A DNA stretch of 64,000 nucleotides from Syntrophales bacterium (GCA_963662405.2 CAXXKT010000001.1:1632001-1696000), one strand, 5' to 3'; shown: positions 16,762 through 30,134, counted from the first letter of the stretch. Numbers and translations: made by a program. The notes: a model not told the origin generated them from the sequence alone.

Positions 16762-19700
16762 ATGGGTACGTATAGAAAAAGTTTTGGTCGCATCAAAAAG
16801 ATCGTTGAGATACCCGATCTCATAGAAATTCAGAGAAAGTCCTATGAAAAATTTCTCCAGGCCGATACAGATCCCGGGAAGAGGGGGATCTTCGGCCTTC
16901 AAGGGGCCTTCAAGAGTGTTTTTCCGATTGTTGATTTCAGTGGAAAATGCTCACTGGAATTTGTCAGTTACAAGATCGGCAACGCCCGATATGATGTCAG
17001 GGAGTGCACGCAACGGGGAATGACCTATAATGCCCCGCTGAGGGTCGTGGTACGCCTTGTCGTCTTCGACAGCAATGGCCGTGCCAGCGATCAGAAGATC
17101 ATACGTGACATCAAGGAGCAGGAGATCTACTTTGGTGAGATCCCGCTCATGACCGAAAAGGGGACCTTTAACATCAATGGTACCGAGCGGGTCATTGTCA
17201 GTCAGCTCCATCGATCGCCGGGGATCTTTTTCGGTCACGACAAGGGGAAGACCCATGTAAGCGGGAAGCTGATCTATTCTGCTCGGGTGATTCCCATCCG
17301 CGGTTCGTGGCTCGATCTTGAATTTGACCCCAAAGATATTCTGTATGCCCGGGTAGACCGACGGAGGAAAATGCCGGTGACGGTTCTCCTCAAGGCGATG
17401 GGATATTCCGCCGAAGACCTGATGGCCTACTTTTACAATGTCGAGAAAGTGAGCCTGACGGGGGGGCATGTCTCCCTGATTGTCGATGAAAACCTCATTG
17501 GCGAGAGATTGCCGGAGGATATCAAGGATCCTAAGAGTGGTGAGGTTATTCTCAAGAAGGGGCGAAAGATTTCTCGAACCTTCCTGAGAAAGGTTGAGGA
17601 TGCGGGACTCGACCGGTTGGATGTTGGCGATGAGTATCTCCCGGGAAAGATTCTCGCCGCGGATGTGACGGATCCCGAAACCGGTGAAGTCTTCCTGAGA
17701 TGTAACGATGAATTGGATGAAGAAAATGTGCGGCTCATCCATGAAAGGAAGATCACGGACATCAAGCTGATTCAGCTCGATGAGGAGGGGGTAAACGCCT
17801 ATATCCGGAATACCATGCTCATCGACAAGATCGAGACCGAGGAAGAGGCCATCATTGATATCTACCGGCGATTGAGGCCGAGTAACCCCCCATCGCTCGA
17901 GACGGCCCACCGGTTTTTCAACAGCCTGTTTTTCAGCCAGGATAGTTACGATCTTTCCGACGTTGGACGTGTGAAGATGAACTATAAGCTTCGCATGGAT
18001 GTTCCCTCCGATATGACCGTTCTCCGTCGAGAGGATGTCATGGAGTCGGTTAAGTATCTCATCAACCTGAAAAATGGTGTTCCTGAATACAGCGTGGATG
18101 ATATCGATCACCTGGGCAATCGGAGGATCCGATCCGTGGGGGAACTGATTGAAAATCAGTACCGCATCGGCCTGGTGAGAATGGAGCGTGCCATCAAGGA
18201 GAAGATGAATCTTCTCGATATAGAAACGATGATGCCCCACGACCTTATCAATGCAAAACCGGTAACTGCGGTGGTGAACGAGTTTTTCGGGAGCAGCCAG
18301 CTCTCGCAATTCATGGATCAGACCAATCCCCTCTCCGAGATTACGCACAAGAGGCGGCTGTCGGCCTTGGGTCCCGGGGGGCTTACACGAGAGCGGGCGG
18401 GGTTTGAGGTACGGGATGTGCACAACACCCACTACGGACGCGTCTGCCCTGTCGAGACGCCGGAAGGTCCCAATATCGGCCTGATCGTATCACTCAGTGC
18501 CTATGCTCGGGTCAATGCATTCGGGTTTATAGAGACGCCATACCGGGTGGTGAAGAACGGACGGGTGCTTGATGAGATTCGTTATCTCACCGCAACCGAG
18601 GAAGAAGATTACATCATTGCCCAGGCAAATGTTTCTCTCGATGAAAAGGGATACTTTGTGGGCGAGCTTATTACGGCACGCAAAAGCGGAAATTACATCA
18701 CCGCCAGCCCCGGGGAGATCGATCTGATGGATGTTTCCCCCAGCCAGCTTGTTTCGGTGGCTGCCGGGTTGATTCCCTTCCTGGAACATGACGACGCCAA
18801 CCGGGCCCTGATGGGATCCAACATGCAGCGGCAGGCCGTTCCCCTGCTCAAACCGGAGGCCCCGCTGGTGGGGACCGGCATGGGGGCGGTTGTCGCGCGA
18901 GATTCCGGTGCCGTCATCGTTGCAAAGGAATCCGGCGTCATTGAGGACGTCGATGCGTCGCGGATAGTCATCAGACGTGATGTCACGGATCTGAACGCAT
19001 CGGACATCGGTGTTGATATCTACAACCTGACCAAATATCAGCGTTCGAACCAGAACACCTGTTTCAACCACAAACCGATCGTGGCCAAGGGGAGCAGGGT
19101 TAACAGAGGAGATATTATCGCCGACGGCCCGGCAACCGATAACGGTGAGCTGGCCCTGGGCAGGAACGTAATGGTTGCCTTCATGCCGTGGGGTGGGTAC
19201 AACTATGAAGATTCCATCCTGGTCAGTGAGCGGATCGCGAAGGATGATATCTATACCTCTGTGCACATAGAGGAGTTCGAGACGTTGGCAAGGGACACCA
19301 AATTGGGGAAAGAGGAGATTACCCGTGATATCCCCAATGTGGGAGAGGATGCCCTGAGGAACCTGGACGAGAGTGGAATCGTTCGAATGGGTGCGTCGGT
19401 CAAGGCGGGGGATATCTTGGTAGGCAAGGTGACTCCCAAGGGTGAGACCCAGTTGTCTCCTGAGGAAAAGCTGCTGCGCGCCATATTCGGGGAAAAAGCC
19501 GGTGATGTGCGGGACACTTCCCTCAGGGTGCCCCCCGGTGTCGACGGCGTGGTGATCGATGCCAAGATCTTTACACGCAAGGGTGCGGATAAGGATAGCA
19601 GGTCCCGGGAGATTGAAGATGAAGAGATAGAGAACCTCCTCAAGGACCGGGATGACGAGATCCGGATTATTGCCGATAATGTCGGGAAGAAGGTGTCCGA

Positions 19701-20850
19701 ACTCTTGGTAGGAAAAATCTCAGCCTCAAAGCTGTTAGATCCGAATAGTCGGAAAACCCTGTTGAAAAAGGGAGATACAATTACGCGGGAGGCCCTTGGA
19801 AATGTGCCGACCCGACTCTGGAAAGATATCACACTCGATGATTATGACGTTGAAGAGAGAATGCGGGCGCTCCTGGCGGGCTTGGCTGAACGAGTGGAGA
19901 GTGTGGAGACCTTTTTCGCGGAAAAGATAGAAAAGATGAAAACGGGAGACGAGTTGCCTCCCGGTGTGATCAAGTTGGTCAAGGTGTATGTTGCCATCAA
20001 GAGAAAACTCTCCGTTGGTGACAAGATGGCGGGACGGCACGGTAACAAGGGGGTCCTTTCGCGCATACTCCCCGAGGAGGATATGCCCTTTTTTGAAGAC
20101 GGAACCCCGGTTGATATTGTTTTGAATCCTCTGGGCGTCCCTTCACGTATGAACGTCGGACAGATCCTCGAAACCCATCTCGGATGGGCGGCGAGGGGAT
20201 TGGGAGAGAAGATTCAGAATATCATGAGCGGTTCCGGTATGGAGGAAGTCAAGAAAGAGATGAAGCAGATCTATGCTTCCCCCGAATTCGACACCTTTGT
20301 CGATGGGGCGACCGATGAAGAGCTTCGAGCACTTGTTCATCGGTTGAGGCGGGGAGTCCCACTGGCTACCCCGGTCTTTGACGGTGCCCATGAAAAGGAG
20401 ATCAAAGAAATGCTCGCGGCGGCCGGTTTGCCCGAAACGGGTCAAACGAGGTTGTATGACGGCCGAACGGGAGAGGCCTTTGATCAGCCGGTGACGGTGG
20501 GGATGATCTATATGTTGAAACTCCATCATCTGGTTGACGATAAGATCCATGCCCGGTCCATCGGTCCCTATTCTCTGGTTACTCAGCAGCCACTGGGCGG
20601 GAAGGCGCAGTTCGGTGGTCAGAGACTGGGTGAGATGGAGGTCTGGGCCATTGAAGCCTACGGTGCAGCCTACGCCCTGCAGGAGTTTCTAACCGTCAAG
20701 GCGGACGATGTGGCCGGTCGAACGAGAATGTATGAGGCAATCGTCAAGGGTGAACATAATCTGGAGCCCGGCCTCCCGGAGTCTTTTAACGTATTGGTTA
20801 AAGAACTCCAGGGCCTGGCCATCAATGTCGAATTGCTTGAGGATGCGTAA
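16762..20850 (+). CDS. rpoB: RNA polymerase beta subunit
   Basis: [42 protein letters not shown]. Confidence 0.99.
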   Translation: MGTYRKSFGRIKKIVEIPDLIEIQRKSYEKFLQADTDPGKRGIFGLQGAFKSVFPIVDFSGKCSLEFVSYKIGNARYDVRECTQRGMTYNAPLRVVVRLVVFDSNGRASDQKIIRDIKEQEIYFGEIPLMTEKGTFNINGTERVIVSQLHRSPGIFFGHDKGKTHVSGKLIYSARVIPIRGSWLDLEFDPKDILYARVDRRRKMPVTVLLKAMGYSAEDLMAYFYNVEKVSLTGGHVSLIVDENLIGERLPEDIKDPKSGEVILKKGRKISRTFLRKVEDAGLDRLDVGDEYLPGKILAADVTDPETGEVFLRCNDELDEENVRLIHERKITDIKLIQLDEEGVNAYIRNTMLIDKIETEEEAIIDIYRRLRPSNPPSLETAHRFFNSLFFSQDSYDLSDVGRVKMNYKLRMDVPSDMTVLRREDVMESVKYLINLKNGVPEYSVDDIDHLGNRRIRSVGELIENQYRIGLVRMERAIKEKMNLLDIETMMPHDLINAKPVTAVVNEFFGSSQLSQFMDQTNPLSEITHKRRLSALGPGGLTRERAGFEVRDVHNTHYGRVCPVETPEGPNIGLIVSLSAYARVNAFGFIETPYRVVKNGRVLDEIRYLTATEEEDYIIAQANVSLDEKGYFVGELITARKSGNYITASPGEIDLMDVSPSQLVSVAAGLIPFLEHDDANRALMGSNMQRQAVPLLKPEAPLVGTGMGAVVARDSGAVIVAKESGVIEDVDASRIVIRRDVTDLNASDIGVDIYNLTKYQRSNQNTCFNHKPIVAKGSRVNRGDIIADGPATDNGELALGRNVMVAFMPWGGYNYEDSILVSERIAKDDIYTSVHIEEFETLARDTKLGKEEITRDIPNVGEDALRNLDESGIVRMGASVKAGDILVGKVTPKGETQLSPEEKLLRAIFGEKAGDVRDTSLRVPPGVDGVVIDAKIFTRKGADKDSRSREIEDEEIENLLKDRDDEIRIIADNVGKKVSELLVGKISASKLLDPNSRKTLLKKGDTITREALGNVPTRLWKDITLDDYDVEERMRALLAGLAERVESVETFFAEKIEKMKTGDELPPGVIKLVKVYVAIKRKLSVGDKMAGRHGNKGVLSRILPEEDMPFFEDGTPVDIVLNPLGVPSRMNVGQILETHLGWAARGLGEKIQNIMSGSGMEEVKKEMKQIYASPEFDTFVDGATDEELRALVHRLRRGVPLATPVFDGAHEKEIKEMLAAAGLPETGQTRLYDGRTGEAFDQPVTVGMIYMLKLHHLVDDKIHARSIGPYSLVTQQPLGGKAQFGGQRLGEMEVWAIEAYGAAYALQEFLTVKADDVAGRTRMYEAIVKGEHNLEPGLPESFNVLVKELQGLAINVELLEDA

Positions 20851-20898
20851 GAGAAACCGGGTCCTCTAAAACTGTTGGGGAAAAGGGAGTGATATCGA

Positions 20899-23800
20899 GT
20901 GGAAGATATCTACGGTTTTTTCGAGAAACCTAAGGATCCGGTGAGATTCAACGCTATCAAGGTATCGTTGAGTTCGCCGGAAACGATCATATCGTGGTCT
21001 CGTGGTGAAGTTAAGAAGTCCGAGACGATTAATTACCGGACCTTCAAACCGGAGAGGGAAGGCCTGTTCTGCGCGAAGATCTTTGGACCGGTCAAGGATT
21101 ACGAATGTCTCTGCGGCCGGTATAAGAGAATGAAACACCGGGGAATGGTATGTGAGAAGTGTGGTGTTGAAGTCATCCAGTCGAAGGTGCGCCGGGAGAG
21201 GATGGGGCACATTACCCTGGCATCACCTGTTGCGCATATCTGGTTTCTCAAGAGTCTTCCCAGCAGGATCGGAAATGTCTTGGATCTCACCTTGAAAGAA
21301 CTCGAGCGGGTCCTATACTTCGAATCGTGGATTGTCATGAATCCGAAAGATACCGCTCTTAAGAAAAAGGAGCTTCTTTCGGAAGACCAGTATATGGAGC
21401 TTTTGGACGAGTACGGAGAGGATGCCTTTCAAGTGGGGATTGGTGCGGAGGCAATCAGAACGCTTCTCGAAGAGATCAATCTCGAAGAACTGGACAGCGA
21501 GCTTCGAGTCGATCTGAGGGAGGCAACCTCGGTCACGAAGAAGACAAAGCTCGTGAAACGATTGAAGATTGTCGAGACGCTCAGGAAATCAGGAAACAGG
21601 CCGGAGTGGATGGTCCTGACGGTCCTTCCGGTGATTCCTCCCGACCTGAGGCCTTTGGTCCCGCTGGATGGTGGGCGGTTTGCCACCTCCGATCTGAATG
21701 ATCTCTACCGGCGGGTCATCAACCGGAACAACCGCCTGAAGCGGCTTTTGGAATTGAACGCCCCGGAGATCATCATCCGCAATGAAAAGAGGATGCTCCA
21801 GGAGGCGGTCGACTGCCTCTTCGACAACGGGAGGCGCGGTCGCGCGGTTACGGGTTCCAACAAAAGACCCCTGAAGTCCTTGTCTGACATGCTCAAGGGG
21901 AAACAGGGCAGGTTCAGACAAAACCTTCTTGGGAAGCGGGTTGATTACTCGGGGCGGTCCGTGATCACGGTGGGACCGGATCTGCGGCTCCACCAGTGCG
22001 GGCTCCCCAAGAAGATGGCCCTCGAGCTGTTCAAGCCGTTTATCTACAACCGGCTTGAGGAAAAGGGGTATGTGACGACCGTCAAGAGCGCGAAGAAGAT
22101 GGTGGAGAAAGAGGGGCCGGAGGTATGGGATGCCCTGGATGAGGTCGTTCGTGAATACCCCGTGATGCTGAACAGGGCCCCGACCCTTCACAGACTCGGA
22201 ATCCAGGCCTTCGAGCCGGTCCTGATCGAGGGAAAAGCCTTGCAGCTCCATCCTCTTGTCTGTGCGGCCTTCAACGCCGACTTTGACGGTGATCAGATGG
22301 CGGTGCATGTTCCCCTGTCGGTGGAAGCCCAGGTGGAGGCCCGTTGCCTTATGATGTCCACCAATAACATCCTTTCACCCGCCAACGGGAAGCCGATCAT
22401 TGTTCCTAGCCAGGATATGGTGCTTGGGATCTATTACCTGACCCGGTCGCGTGAGTATGCCAAAGGCGAAGGAATGATTTTTTCGGGGCCGGACGAAGTG
22501 CGGAGCGCGTATGATGCGGGTGCGGCATCGCTCCATGCCCGGATCAAGGTACGCATGGATGGGAAACTGGTCGATACCACGGTTGGCAGGATTCTCCTGT
22601 ACGAGATTATACCCGATGAGATCCCCTTCACCCACATCAATAAAGTGATCAATAAGAAGGAGATAGCCAATCTGGTCGATTACAGTTACCGCTCTTCGGG
22701 GGCAAAGACAACGGTTGTTCTCGCAGACCGGTTGAAGGATCTCGGTTATAAGTATGCCACGATCTCCGGTCTCTCGATTTCGATTGGTGATCTCGCCATT
22801 CCCGAGAGTAAGAGCGATATTGTCGGCGGTGCTCAGAAGGATGTTTTTGATATACAGAAGCAGTACATGGACGGGCTGATAACCGACGGTGAACGGTATA
22901 ACAAGGTAATCGATATCTGGGCTCATGCCACGGAGAAGGTGGCCGATGACATGCTGCGAAATATCGGGACCGAAGAAATGGAGGGGCCTGATGGGGTGAG
23001 TGCCCCGGTGGAGAGCTTCAATTCAATTTATATGATGGCTGACTCAGGGGCCCGTGGAAGCGCGGCTCAGACGCGCCAGCTTGCCGGTATGCGAGGGCTC
23101 ATGGCAAAGCCGTCGGGAGAAATTATTGAAACCCCCATCACCGCTAATTTCAGGGAAGGGCTGACGGTCTTGGAGTACTTTATCTCCACCCACGGCGCTC
23201 GGAAGGGTCTTGCCGATACGGCTCTCAAGACGGCAAACTCCGGGTATCTGACCCGACGGCTGGTCGATGTGGCACAAGATAGCGTTATCATGGAAACGGA
23301 CTGTGGTACCCTCGATGGTATCTATGTCTCCGCCTTGGTTGAAGGCGGCGAAATCATAGAAACGGCGGGTGAGCGTGTCCTCGGGCGGGTGGCCCTTGAG
23401 GATATTGAGGACCCCTTCACCGGCGAGGTCCTTGTGAAGGCGAATCAGGAGATCGACGAGGCGCTTGCGGAGAAGATCGATAAAGCCGGGTTGAGCAGGG
23501 TACTGATACGATCCGCACTTACCTGTAAAGCGAAACATGGGGTCTGTGCACTGTGTTACGGAAGAGACTTGGCGCACGGCCACTTGGTCAATATCGGTGA
23601 AGCGGTTGGTATCATCGCGGCGCAGTCCATCGGTGAACCGGGGACGCAGTTGACGATGCGAACCTTCCATATCGGCGGGACCGCGAAATTCGAGGAACAC
23701 TCAACCTTGGAAGCCCGGCATGACGGGATCCTCAAGTTTGTCAACCTCAACATTGCCCCTGTTAAAGACGGCGGATTGGTCGTTATGAGTAGAACCGGGG

Positions 23801-25044
23801 AGGTCCATGTCCTCGACCAGGAGGGAAGGAATCGAGGCAAATATACCGTTCCCTATGGTGCGTATCTGCGAGTAGCGGAGGGGGAGGAAGTCAAATCCGG
23901 AACCCTGATCGCCCAGTGGGACCCCTATTCGATTCCGATTCTCTCTGAGATCGACGGTACGATCAAATTTGGTGACATCATTGAAGGGAAGACCATGCAG
24001 GAGCAGGTGGATGAAGTCACCGGTCTTTCAAGAAAGGTCATTGTGGAGTACCGGGCCGCCGATTTGCGTCCCCGGGTCTCGATCAAGGACAAGGAAGGGA
24101 AAACGGCCCGGGTGCCCGGAACAAACACAATCGCACGGCACCTCTTGCCGGTGGGGGCGAATATCGGCGTTTCGGAGGGGGATGCCGTCAAGGCGGGTGA
24201 CATTATCGCCAAGATCCCCCGGGAGACCACGAAGACGAAGGATATCACCGGGGGGCTTCCTCGGGTCGCCGAACTCTTTGAGGCCCGAAAACCGAAGGAG
24301 TATGCCGTCATAGCCGAAATCGACGGAGAGGTCTCGTACGGTGAGGATTCCAAGGGGAAGAGGAAAATCGTTATCACTCCCGATGTCGGAGATTCGAAGG
24401 AATACTTGATCGCCAGAGGGCGCTATATCAGTGTCCAGGAGGGGGACCGGGTCATAGCCGGCCAGGCCCTGATGGATGGATCCAGCAACCCTCATGATAT
24501 CCTCAATATCAAAGGTGAGAAGGAATTGGCACGCTACCTGGTTGATGAGGTGCAGGAGGTGTACCGTCTCCAAGGCGTCAAGATCAATGACAAACATATA
24601 GAAATCATAGTCCGTCAGATGCTCAGGAAAGTGCGGGTGACTGATTCCGGTGATACCGCCTTCCTCGTGGATGAACAGGTGGATAAAAATATGTTCGAAG
24701 AGGAGAATCGCGAGGCGATCGAGCAAGGGCGAAACCCGGCCACCGCCGTTCCGGTGCTCCTGGGGATCACCAAGGCGTCACTTCACACCGACAGTTTTAT
24801 TTCTGCCGCATCATTCCAGGAGACGACCCGGGTGTTGACGGAGGCAGCCCTCTCCGGGAAGGTTGATTACCTCCGGGGTCTCAAGGAAAACGTGATTATG
24901 GGGAGGCTCGTCCCGGCGGGTACCGGGCTTCCCATGTATAAGAATCTGGGAATTGCCGTTGCGGCCGATGATCAGGTTCCTGAGGGTCTCGAAATAAATG
25001 AGGACGATATAGAGAAAAGCCTTGACAGTCAAGTCGTGAATTGA
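20899..25044 (+). CDS. rpoC: RNA polymerase beta' subunit
   Basis: [12 protein letters not shown], Zn-finger cysteines, [13 protein letters not shown]. Confidence 0.99.
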   Translation: MEDIYGFFEKPKDPVRFNAIKVSLSSPETIISWSRGEVKKSETINYRTFKPEREGLFCAKIFGPVKDYECLCGRYKRMKHRGMVCEKCGVEVIQSKVRRERMGHITLASPVAHIWFLKSLPSRIGNVLDLTLKELERVLYFESWIVMNPKDTALKKKELLSEDQYMELLDEYGEDAFQVGIGAEAIRTLLEEINLEELDSELRVDLREATSVTKKTKLVKRLKIVETLRKSGNRPEWMVLTVLPVIPPDLRPLVPLDGGRFATSDLNDLYRRVINRNNRLKRLLELNAPEIIIRNEKRMLQEAVDCLFDNGRRGRAVTGSNKRPLKSLSDMLKGKQGRFRQNLLGKRVDYSGRSVITVGPDLRLHQCGLPKKMALELFKPFIYNRLEEKGYVTTVKSAKKMVEKEGPEVWDALDEVVREYPVMLNRAPTLHRLGIQAFEPVLIEGKALQLHPLVCAAFNADFDGDQMAVHVPLSVEAQVEARCLMMSTNNILSPANGKPIIVPSQDMVLGIYYLTRSREYAKGEGMIFSGPDEVRSAYDAGAASLHARIKVRMDGKLVDTTVGRILLYEIIPDEIPFTHINKVINKKEIANLVDYSYRSSGAKTTVVLADRLKDLGYKYATISGLSISIGDLAIPESKSDIVGGAQKDVFDIQKQYMDGLITDGERYNKVIDIWAHATEKVADDMLRNIGTEEMEGPDGVSAPVESFNSIYMMADSGARGSAAQTRQLAGMRGLMAKPSGEIIETPITANFREGLTVLEYFISTHGARKGLADTALKTANSGYLTRRLVDVAQDSVIMETDCGTLDGIYVSALVEGGEIIETAGERVLGRVALEDIEDPFTGEVLVKANQEIDEALAEKIDKAGLSRVLIRSALTCKAKHGVCALCYGRDLAHGHLVNIGEAVGIIAAQSIGEPGTQLTMRTFHIGGTAKFEEHSTLEARHDGILKFVNLNIAPVKDGGLVVMSRTGEVHVLDQEGRNRGKYTVPYGAYLRVAEGEEVKSGTLIAQWDPYSIPILSEIDGTIKFGDIIEGKTMQEQVDEVTGLSRKVIVEYRAADLRPRVSIKDKEGKTARVPGTNTIARHLLPVGANIGVSEGDAVKAGDIIAKIPRETTKTKDITGGLPRVAELFEARKPKEYAVIAEIDGEVSYGEDSKGKRKIVITPDVGDSKEYLIARGRYISVQEGDRVIAGQALMDGSSNPHDILNIKGEKELARYLVDEVQEVYRLQGVKINDKHIEIIVRQMLRKVRVTDSGDTAFLVDEQVDKNMFEEENREAIEQGRNPATAVPVLLGITKASLHTDSFISAASFQETTRVLTEAALSGKVDYLRGLKENVIMGRLVPAGTGLPMYKNLGIAVAADDQVPEGLEINEDDIEKSLDSQVVN

Positions 25045-25050
25045 TACAAA
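25022..25050 (+). promoter_or_regulatory. Possible str-operon promoter overlapping rpoC 3' end
   Basis: TTGACA-N17-TACAAA about 70 nt before rpsL. Confidence 0.4.
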
Positions 25051-25118
25051 CCGCTACTTTGCTAGCCCAGATTGGGAGCGGATTTACCAGAGAGAGCAGG
25101 GAGGATTTTGGAAGAATA

Positions 25119-25490
25119 ATGCCGACGATAAACCAGCTGATCAGGAAAGGCAGATCAAAGGTGCAGAAGAAGACTTCGGCGCCGGCGCTTGCCAGTTGTC
25201 CCCAGCGGAGAGGGGTTTGTGTGAGGGTCTATACGACAACCCCTAAAAAGCCGAATTCGGCCCTGCGAAAGGTGGCCAGAGTCCGTCTCACCAGCGGGTA
25301 TGAGGTCACCTCCTATATCCCGGGGATAGGACATAATCTTCAGGAGCACTCCGTCGTCCTCGTGAGGGGAGGCAGGGTGAAGGATCTTCCCGGTGTCAGG
25401 TATCACATCGTGAGGGGTTCTCTTGATGCCGTCGGGGTTCAGGATAGAAAACAGGGCAGATCGAAATACGGCTCCAAAAGACCAAAGTAG
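25119..25490 (+). CDS. rpsL: 30S ribosomal protein S12
   Basis: [26 protein letters not shown]. Confidence 0.99.
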   Translation: MPTINQLIRKGRSKVQKKTSAPALASCPQRRGVCVRVYTTTPKKPNSALRKVARVRLTSGYEVTSYIPGIGHNLQEHSVVLVRGGRVKDLPGVRYHIVRGSLDAVGVQDRKQGRSKYGSKRPK

Positions 25491-25504
25491 ACAGGAATAG
25501 CTTT

Positions 25505-25975
25505 ATGCCGCGTAGAAGAGAAGTCACGAAGAGAAAGATATTGCCGGATCCCAAACACAACAGCCCCTTGGTGGCGCGTTTTGTCAACAACCTGTTGAAG
25601 AAGGGGAAGAAGAGTGTTGCTGAATCGATCCTCTACGGAGCGTTCGATATTATAGAAGACAAGATGAAGGAAGCGCCCCTCCAGGTCTTTGAACGGGCGA
25701 TGGATAATGTGAAGCCGGTTCTCGAGGTGAAATCGAGGCGAATTGGTGGCGCCACCTATCAGGTCCCTACGGAGGTTGCTGCGGATCGGAGAACGGCCCT
25801 GGCGATCAGGTGGTTGATAGGAAATTCCCAGTCCCGGGTTGGCAAGAGTATGAAGGAAAAGTTGGCGGCTGAACTCATGGATGCGGCTGCGGGACGAGGA
25901 GCATCGGTTAAGAAGAGGGAAGATACCCACAAGATGGCTGAGGCGAATAAGGCATTTGCCCATTATCGATTTTAG
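25505..25975 (+). CDS. rpsG: 30S ribosomal protein S7
   Basis: [26 protein letters not shown]. Confidence 0.99.
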   Translation: MPRRREVTKRKILPDPKHNSPLVARFVNNLLKKGKKSVAESILYGAFDIIEDKMKEAPLQVFERAMDNVKPVLEVKSRRIGGATYQVPTEVAADRRTALAIRWLIGNSQSRVGKSMKEKLAAELMDAAAGRGASVKKREDTHKMAEANKAFAHYRF

Positions 25976-26121
25976 AGATAAGCGAGGCGCTTGGGTAGAG
26001 CCCGAAGAGGGCCATAGGGCGGGTGTAGATAAGCTAAAGCGGGATGTCAGACAGAGATAAACGAGCAAACGCTTTGAATAAGGAATCAGGTAACCATTTT
26101 TAAATAAAGGAGGTAATGGTT

Positions 26122-27315
26122 ATGGCTAAGAAGAAATTTGAAAGGACAAAGCCGCATTTAAATATCGGAACAATCGGACATGTGGATCATGGGAAGACCA
26201 CATTGACTGCAGCTATAACAAAGCATCTGGCTAGCAAAGGTCTTGCTGATTTTATGCCCTTTGACTCAATCGATAATGCCCCCGAAGAGAAAGAGCGAGG
26301 CGTTACCATCAATATCGCTCATGTTGAGTATCAGACCGAAAAGCGGCATTATGCCCATGTCGACTGTCCGGGGCATGCTGACTATATAAAGAACATGATA
26401 TCGGGAGCGGCCCATATGGATGGGACAATTCTTGTGGTGGCGGCATCGGACGGTCCCATGCCGCAGACGAGAGAACATATTCTCCTTGCCCGTCAGGTGC
26501 AGGTGCCATATATTGTTGTGTTCATGAACAAGGTGGACTTGGTTGATGATCCGGAGCTCCTCGATCTGGTCGAGCTGGAGCTGAGAGAGCTGCTCACGGA
26601 TTACGAGTTTCCCGGCGACGACCTTCCGATCATCAGGGGCTCTGCCCTGAAGGCCTTGGAAAGTGACGACCCGGATTCGGAAGAGGTTAAATGCATTTGG
26701 GAGCTGATGGATGCCGTTGACACCTCTATCCCGGAACCCGAGCGTGACCTCGAGAAACCGTTTTTGATGCCGGTCGGGGATGTCTTTACGATCTCCGGTC
26801 GTGGAACGGTGGTGACGGGCCGGGTTGACAGGGGGATTATAAAGACGGGTGAAGAGGTTGAGATCGTTGGGATTAGGCCGACCTTCAAGACGGTCTGCAC
26901 CGGTGTGGAGATGTTCCGTAAGACCCTCGACGAAGGAAGGGCCGGTGACGATATCGGTGTCCTCCTGAGAGGTACCAAGCGTGAGGACGTCGAGCGGGGT
27001 CAGGTTGTCGCGAAGCCCGGTTCCATAACTCCCCATACGAAGTTTAAGGCGCAGGTTTATGTCTTGACGAAGGAAGAGGGCGGGAGGCATACTCCCTTTT
27101 TCAACGGGTATCGCCCGCAGTTCTACTTCAGGACGACCGATGTGACGGGTGTGGCCACCCTTCCCGAGGGAATTGAGATGGTGATGCCCGGTGATAATGT
27201 GGAGATGGTGGCTGAACTGATTACCCCTATCGCCATGGAGGAAAAACTGAGGTTTGCTATCCGTGAGGGTGGCAGAACTGTCGGGGCCGGTGTCGTTAGC
27301 GAGATCATAGAATAG
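26122..27315 (+). CDS. tuf: Elongation factor Tu
   Basis: [45 protein letters not shown]. Confidence 0.99.
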   Translation: MAKKKFERTKPHLNIGTIGHVDHGKTTLTAAITKHLASKGLADFMPFDSIDNAPEEKERGVTINIAHVEYQTEKRHYAHVDCPGHADYIKNMISGAAHMDGTILVVAASDGPMPQTREHILLARQVQVPYIVVFMNKVDLVDDPELLDLVELELRELLTDYEFPGDDLPIIRGSALKALESDDPDSEEVKCIWELMDAVDTSIPEPERDLEKPFLMPVGDVFTISGRGTVVTGRVDRGIIKTGEEVEIVGIRPTFKTVCTGVEMFRKTLDEGRAGDDIGVLLRGTKREDVERGQVVAKPGSITPHTKFKAQVYVLTKEEGGRHTPFFNGYRPQFYFRTTDVTGVATLPEGIEMVMPGDNVEMVAELITPIAMEEKLRFAIREGGRTVGAGVVSEIIE

Positions 27316-27337
27316 GTCCTATTTGGTAAAGGTTTCG

Positions 27338-27646
27338 ATGGAAAATCAAAAGATAAGAATTCGTCTCAAGGCTTACGATTATAAGCTCCTTGATAGGTCC
27401 GCACAGGATATTGTAGAAGCTGCGAAGAGGACCGGTGCGCGCGTTGCGGGACCGATCCCCCTTCCGACTGTTATCAATAAGTATTGCGTGAACAGGTCTC
27501 CCAATGTTGACAAAAAATCGCGGGAGCAGTTTGAGATACGCACGCATAAGAGACTTATCGATATCGTTGAGCCGACGCAGTCTACTGTCGATACGTTGAT
27601 GAAGCTTGATCTCTCTGCCGGTGTCGATGTCGAGATAAAGTTATAG
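27338..27646 (+). CDS. rpsJ: 30S ribosomal protein S10
   Basis: [31 protein letters not shown]. Confidence 0.99.
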   Translation: MENQKIRIRLKAYDYKLLDRSAQDIVEAAKRTGARVAGPIPLPTVINKYCVNRSPNVDKKSREQFEIRTHKRLIDIVEPTQSTVDTLMKLDLSAGVDVEIKL

Positions 27647-27656
27647 TTTTGACGGG

Positions 27657-27699
27657 GAATGAGGAGATGGGATCGGAAGTTTCATCTCCTCATTTTTTT
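27657..27699 (+). terminator. Terminator-like hairpin between rpsJ and rplC
   Basis: AATGAGGAGATG/CATCTCCTCATT 12-bp stem running into T7. Confidence 0.65.
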
Positions 27700-27730
27700 C
27701 CGAAAAGATGCATGGGAAGTCAGAGTTGAC

Positions 27731-28360
27731 ATGAAAAAGGGACTGATAGGCAAGAAATTAGGGATGACCCAGCTCTTCTGGGATGACGGATCAGTGATCC
27801 CCGTTACCGCCATTGAGGCGGGACCTTGCGTTGTTATTCAAAAAAAGGTTCAGGGTACGGATGGATATGATGCTATCCAGCTTGGGTTTGATCGGGTCAA
27901 GGAAAAGGCCGTTACAAAACCCTTGAAGGGGCATTTTAAAAAGGCGGACCGGGGATCTTTTCGGATTCTTAGAGAATTCAGGTTGGAGTCCATCGACGAA
28001 TATGACGTGGGGTCGGAACTCAATGTCGACATCTTCCAGGTGGGTGAGTATGTCGATGTGGTGGGAACAACCAGAGGTCGGGGCTTTGCCGGTGTAGTCA
28101 AGAGGTACGGATTCAAAGGCGGCAAGGCCACCCATGGATCGATGTTTCACCGGGCACCGGGGTCCATTGGCGCCAGCGCGTGGCCTTCCAGGGTATTCAA
28201 GGGGAAAAGACTCCCGGGACATATGGGGAACCGGCGACAAACCGTCCAGAACCTGATGGTAGTGGGTGTGCGGCCTGAGGAGAATATTATTCTCGTGAAG
28301 GGTGCTGTTCCCAGCAGTACGAACGGAATTGTCTTGATAAAGGATTCTATTAAATTATAA
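27731..28360 (+). CDS. rplC: 50S ribosomal protein L3
   Basis: GLIGKKLGMTQ, HRAPGSIG, KGKRLPGHMG. Confidence 0.98.
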   Translation: MKKGLIGKKLGMTQLFWDDGSVIPVTAIEAGPCVVIQKKVQGTDGYDAIQLGFDRVKEKAVTKPLKGHFKKADRGSFRILREFRLESIDEYDVGSELNVDIFQVGEYVDVVGTTRGRGFAGVVKRYGFKGGKATHGSMFHRAPGSIGASAWPSRVFKGKRLPGHMGNRRQTVQNLMVVGVRPEENIILVKGAVPSSTNGIVLIKDSIKL

Positions 28361-28373
28361 GGTAGATGAAATA

Positions 28374-28997
28374 ATGCCGCTTCTGAATGTATATGATATA
28401 GATAAAAATACAACGGTGCAGATTGAACTGAGTGATGAGGTCTTCGGTGCTGATGTTAACGAGCACGTCTTGTATGAAGTGGTAAGGATGCAGCTTGCCT
28501 CCAGGCGTCAGGGGACTGCCTCCACAAAGACACGTTCTGATGTGAGAGGGGGAGGGAGAAAGCCGTGGCGTCAGAAGGGAACCGGACGCGCGAGGGCCGG
28601 AACTTCGCGATCTCCTCTCTGGAGGGGCGGCGGTACGGTCTTTGGGCCTCATCCACGGGACTACTCATATAAGGTACCCAAAAAGGTCAGACGGGTGGCG
28701 CTGCGTTCTGCACTGAGTATGAAGGTGAAAGAGGACAAGGTCATTATACTCAGGGATTTCCCAATGGATAGGATCAAGACGAAAGAATTTCAGCAGGTGG
28801 TAGACCGTTTTGAACTGGGGACCACCCTCTTTATCCTTCATGAGAGAAATTCCATACTGGAGAAATCATCTCAAAATATCAAGACGGTGAAGATGATGCG
28901 CGCGGAAGGAATCAATGTTTACGATCTGTTGAAGTACGACACGCTTGTTCTGTTGGAGCCATCCGTGAAAATGATAGAAGGGGCATTGTTATCATAA
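28374..28997 (+). CDS. rplD: 50S ribosomal protein L4
   Basis: [14 protein letters not shown]. Confidence 0.98.
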   Translation: MPLLNVYDIDKNTTVQIELSDEVFGADVNEHVLYEVVRMQLASRRQGTASTKTRSDVRGGGRKPWRQKGTGRARAGTSRSPLWRGGGTVFGPHPRDYSYKVPKKVRRVALRSALSMKVKEDKVIILRDFPMDRIKTKEFQQVVDRFELGTTLFILHERNSILEKSSQNIKTVKMMRAEGINVYDLLKYDTLVLLEPSVKMIEGALLS

Positions 28998-29284
28998 TGG
29001 ATATGTATTCCGTCATCAAGAGGCCGGTTGTAACAGAGAAGAGCACGATAGCCAGGGAAGAAGACAACAAGTATCTCTTCGAAGTTGAGCGAGGGGCGAC
29101 GAAGGTCGAGATCCGCAACGCGGTGGAGAAGATATTCAAGGTCAGTGTGGTGGATGTGCATACCATTAACGTAACCGGCAAGAAAAAGAGGGTCGGGCGA
29201 GTTATAGGCAGGAGACGGAATCGGAAGAAGGCCGTCATCACCCTTGCCCCCGGGAATTCCATAGAGGTTCACGAGGGAGTATAG
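28997..29284 (+). CDS. rplW: 50S ribosomal protein L23
   Basis: PVVTEKS, KKAVITL. Confidence 0.97.
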   Translation: MDMYSVIKRPVVTEKSTIAREEDNKYLFEVERGATKVEIRNAVEKIFKVSVVDVHTINVTGKKKRVGRVIGRRRNRKKAVITLAPGNSIEVHEGV

Positions 29285-29309
29285 CAACAAGAGATTTGGG
29301 AAGACGATT

Positions 29310-30131
29310 ATGGCACTCAAGACGTATAAGCCCACATCCCCTGGGAGGAGATCGCAGACGGGGTCTACCTTCGAGGAGGTAACAAAAGCAACGCCCGAGA
29401 AGGCCTTGGTGAAGCCGCTGAAGAAGAGCGGCGGGAGAAACAACCTTGGCCGTATGACGAGCCGGCATATCGGTGGCGGGCATAAGAGACGATTTCGGGT
29501 TATCGATTTCCGGCGCGACAAGGTGGATATCCCGGCTAAGGTAGCCGCTATCGAGTATGATCCGAATCGCTCCGCGCGGATTGCCCTGCTGCACTATGCA
29601 GATGGCGAGAAGCGCTACATCCTTGCCCCGTTGGGCCTTGAGGTGGGCTCTGTGATAGTCAGTGGAGAGCGGCCGGATATAAAGATAGGAAATACGATTC
29701 CCCTGAAAAATATACCTCTGGGCTCTCTTATTCACAATCTTGAGCTTAAGATCGGGAAGGGGGGGCAGTTGATCCGGAGTGCGGGGTCGTATGGACGGCT
29801 CATGGCAAAAGAAGGATCGTATGCTCAGGTTCGTCTCCCTTCGGGCGAGGTGCGGAAAGTCCTGATGGAATGCAGGGCAACCATCGGTCAGCTGGGTAAC
29901 ATCGAGCATGAGAATATCAGTATTGGAAAAGCAGGTAGGACGCGATGGCTGGGACGAAGACCCAAGGTGCGCGGGGTGGTCATGAACCCGGTGGATCATC
30001 CCATGGGGGGTGGGGAAGGTAGGTCGTCTGGTGGAAGGCATCCCTGTACGCCGTGGGGGGTTCCCACAAAAGGGTATAAGACAAGGAAAAACAAATATTC
30101 TGATAAGTATATCGTGAAGAAAAGAGGGTAG
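29310..30131 (+). CDS. rplB: 50S ribosomal protein L2
   Basis: [22 protein letters not shown]. Confidence 0.99.
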   Translation: MALKTYKPTSPGRRSQTGSTFEEVTKATPEKALVKPLKKSGGRNNLGRMTSRHIGGGHKRRFRVIDFRRDKVDIPAKVAAIEYDPNRSARIALLHYADGEKRYILAPLGLEVGSVIVSGERPDIKIGNTIPLKNIPLGSLIHNLELKIGKGGQLIRSAGSYGRLMAKEGSYAQVRLPSGEVRKVLMECRATIGQLGNIEHENISIGKAGRTRWLGRRPKVRGVVMNPVDHPMGGGEGRSSGGRHPCTPWGVPTKGYKTRKNKYSDKYIVKKRG

Positions 30132-30134
30132 AGC

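Noticed and set aside
18280..18400. Rifampicin-resistance substitutions in rpoB cluster I
   Set aside because: Sequence [29 protein letters not shown] is the sensitive-type consensus
16951..18432. Long antisense ORFs over rpoB (and similar ones over rpoC, tuf, rplB, cstA, OmpA genes)
   Set aside because: Expected shadow ORFs from codon bias opposite conserved genes; no recognisable motifs
25976..26115. fusA remnant or AGATAA repeats in the rpsG-tuf spacer
   Set aside because: No EF-G-like translation recognisable; three short AGATAA words are too weak to call
27659..27730. N-terminal extensions of L3 (and of S12, S4, L1) shown in the ORF track
   Set aside because: Longest-ORF artefacts; canonical starts with family-typical N-termini lie downstream
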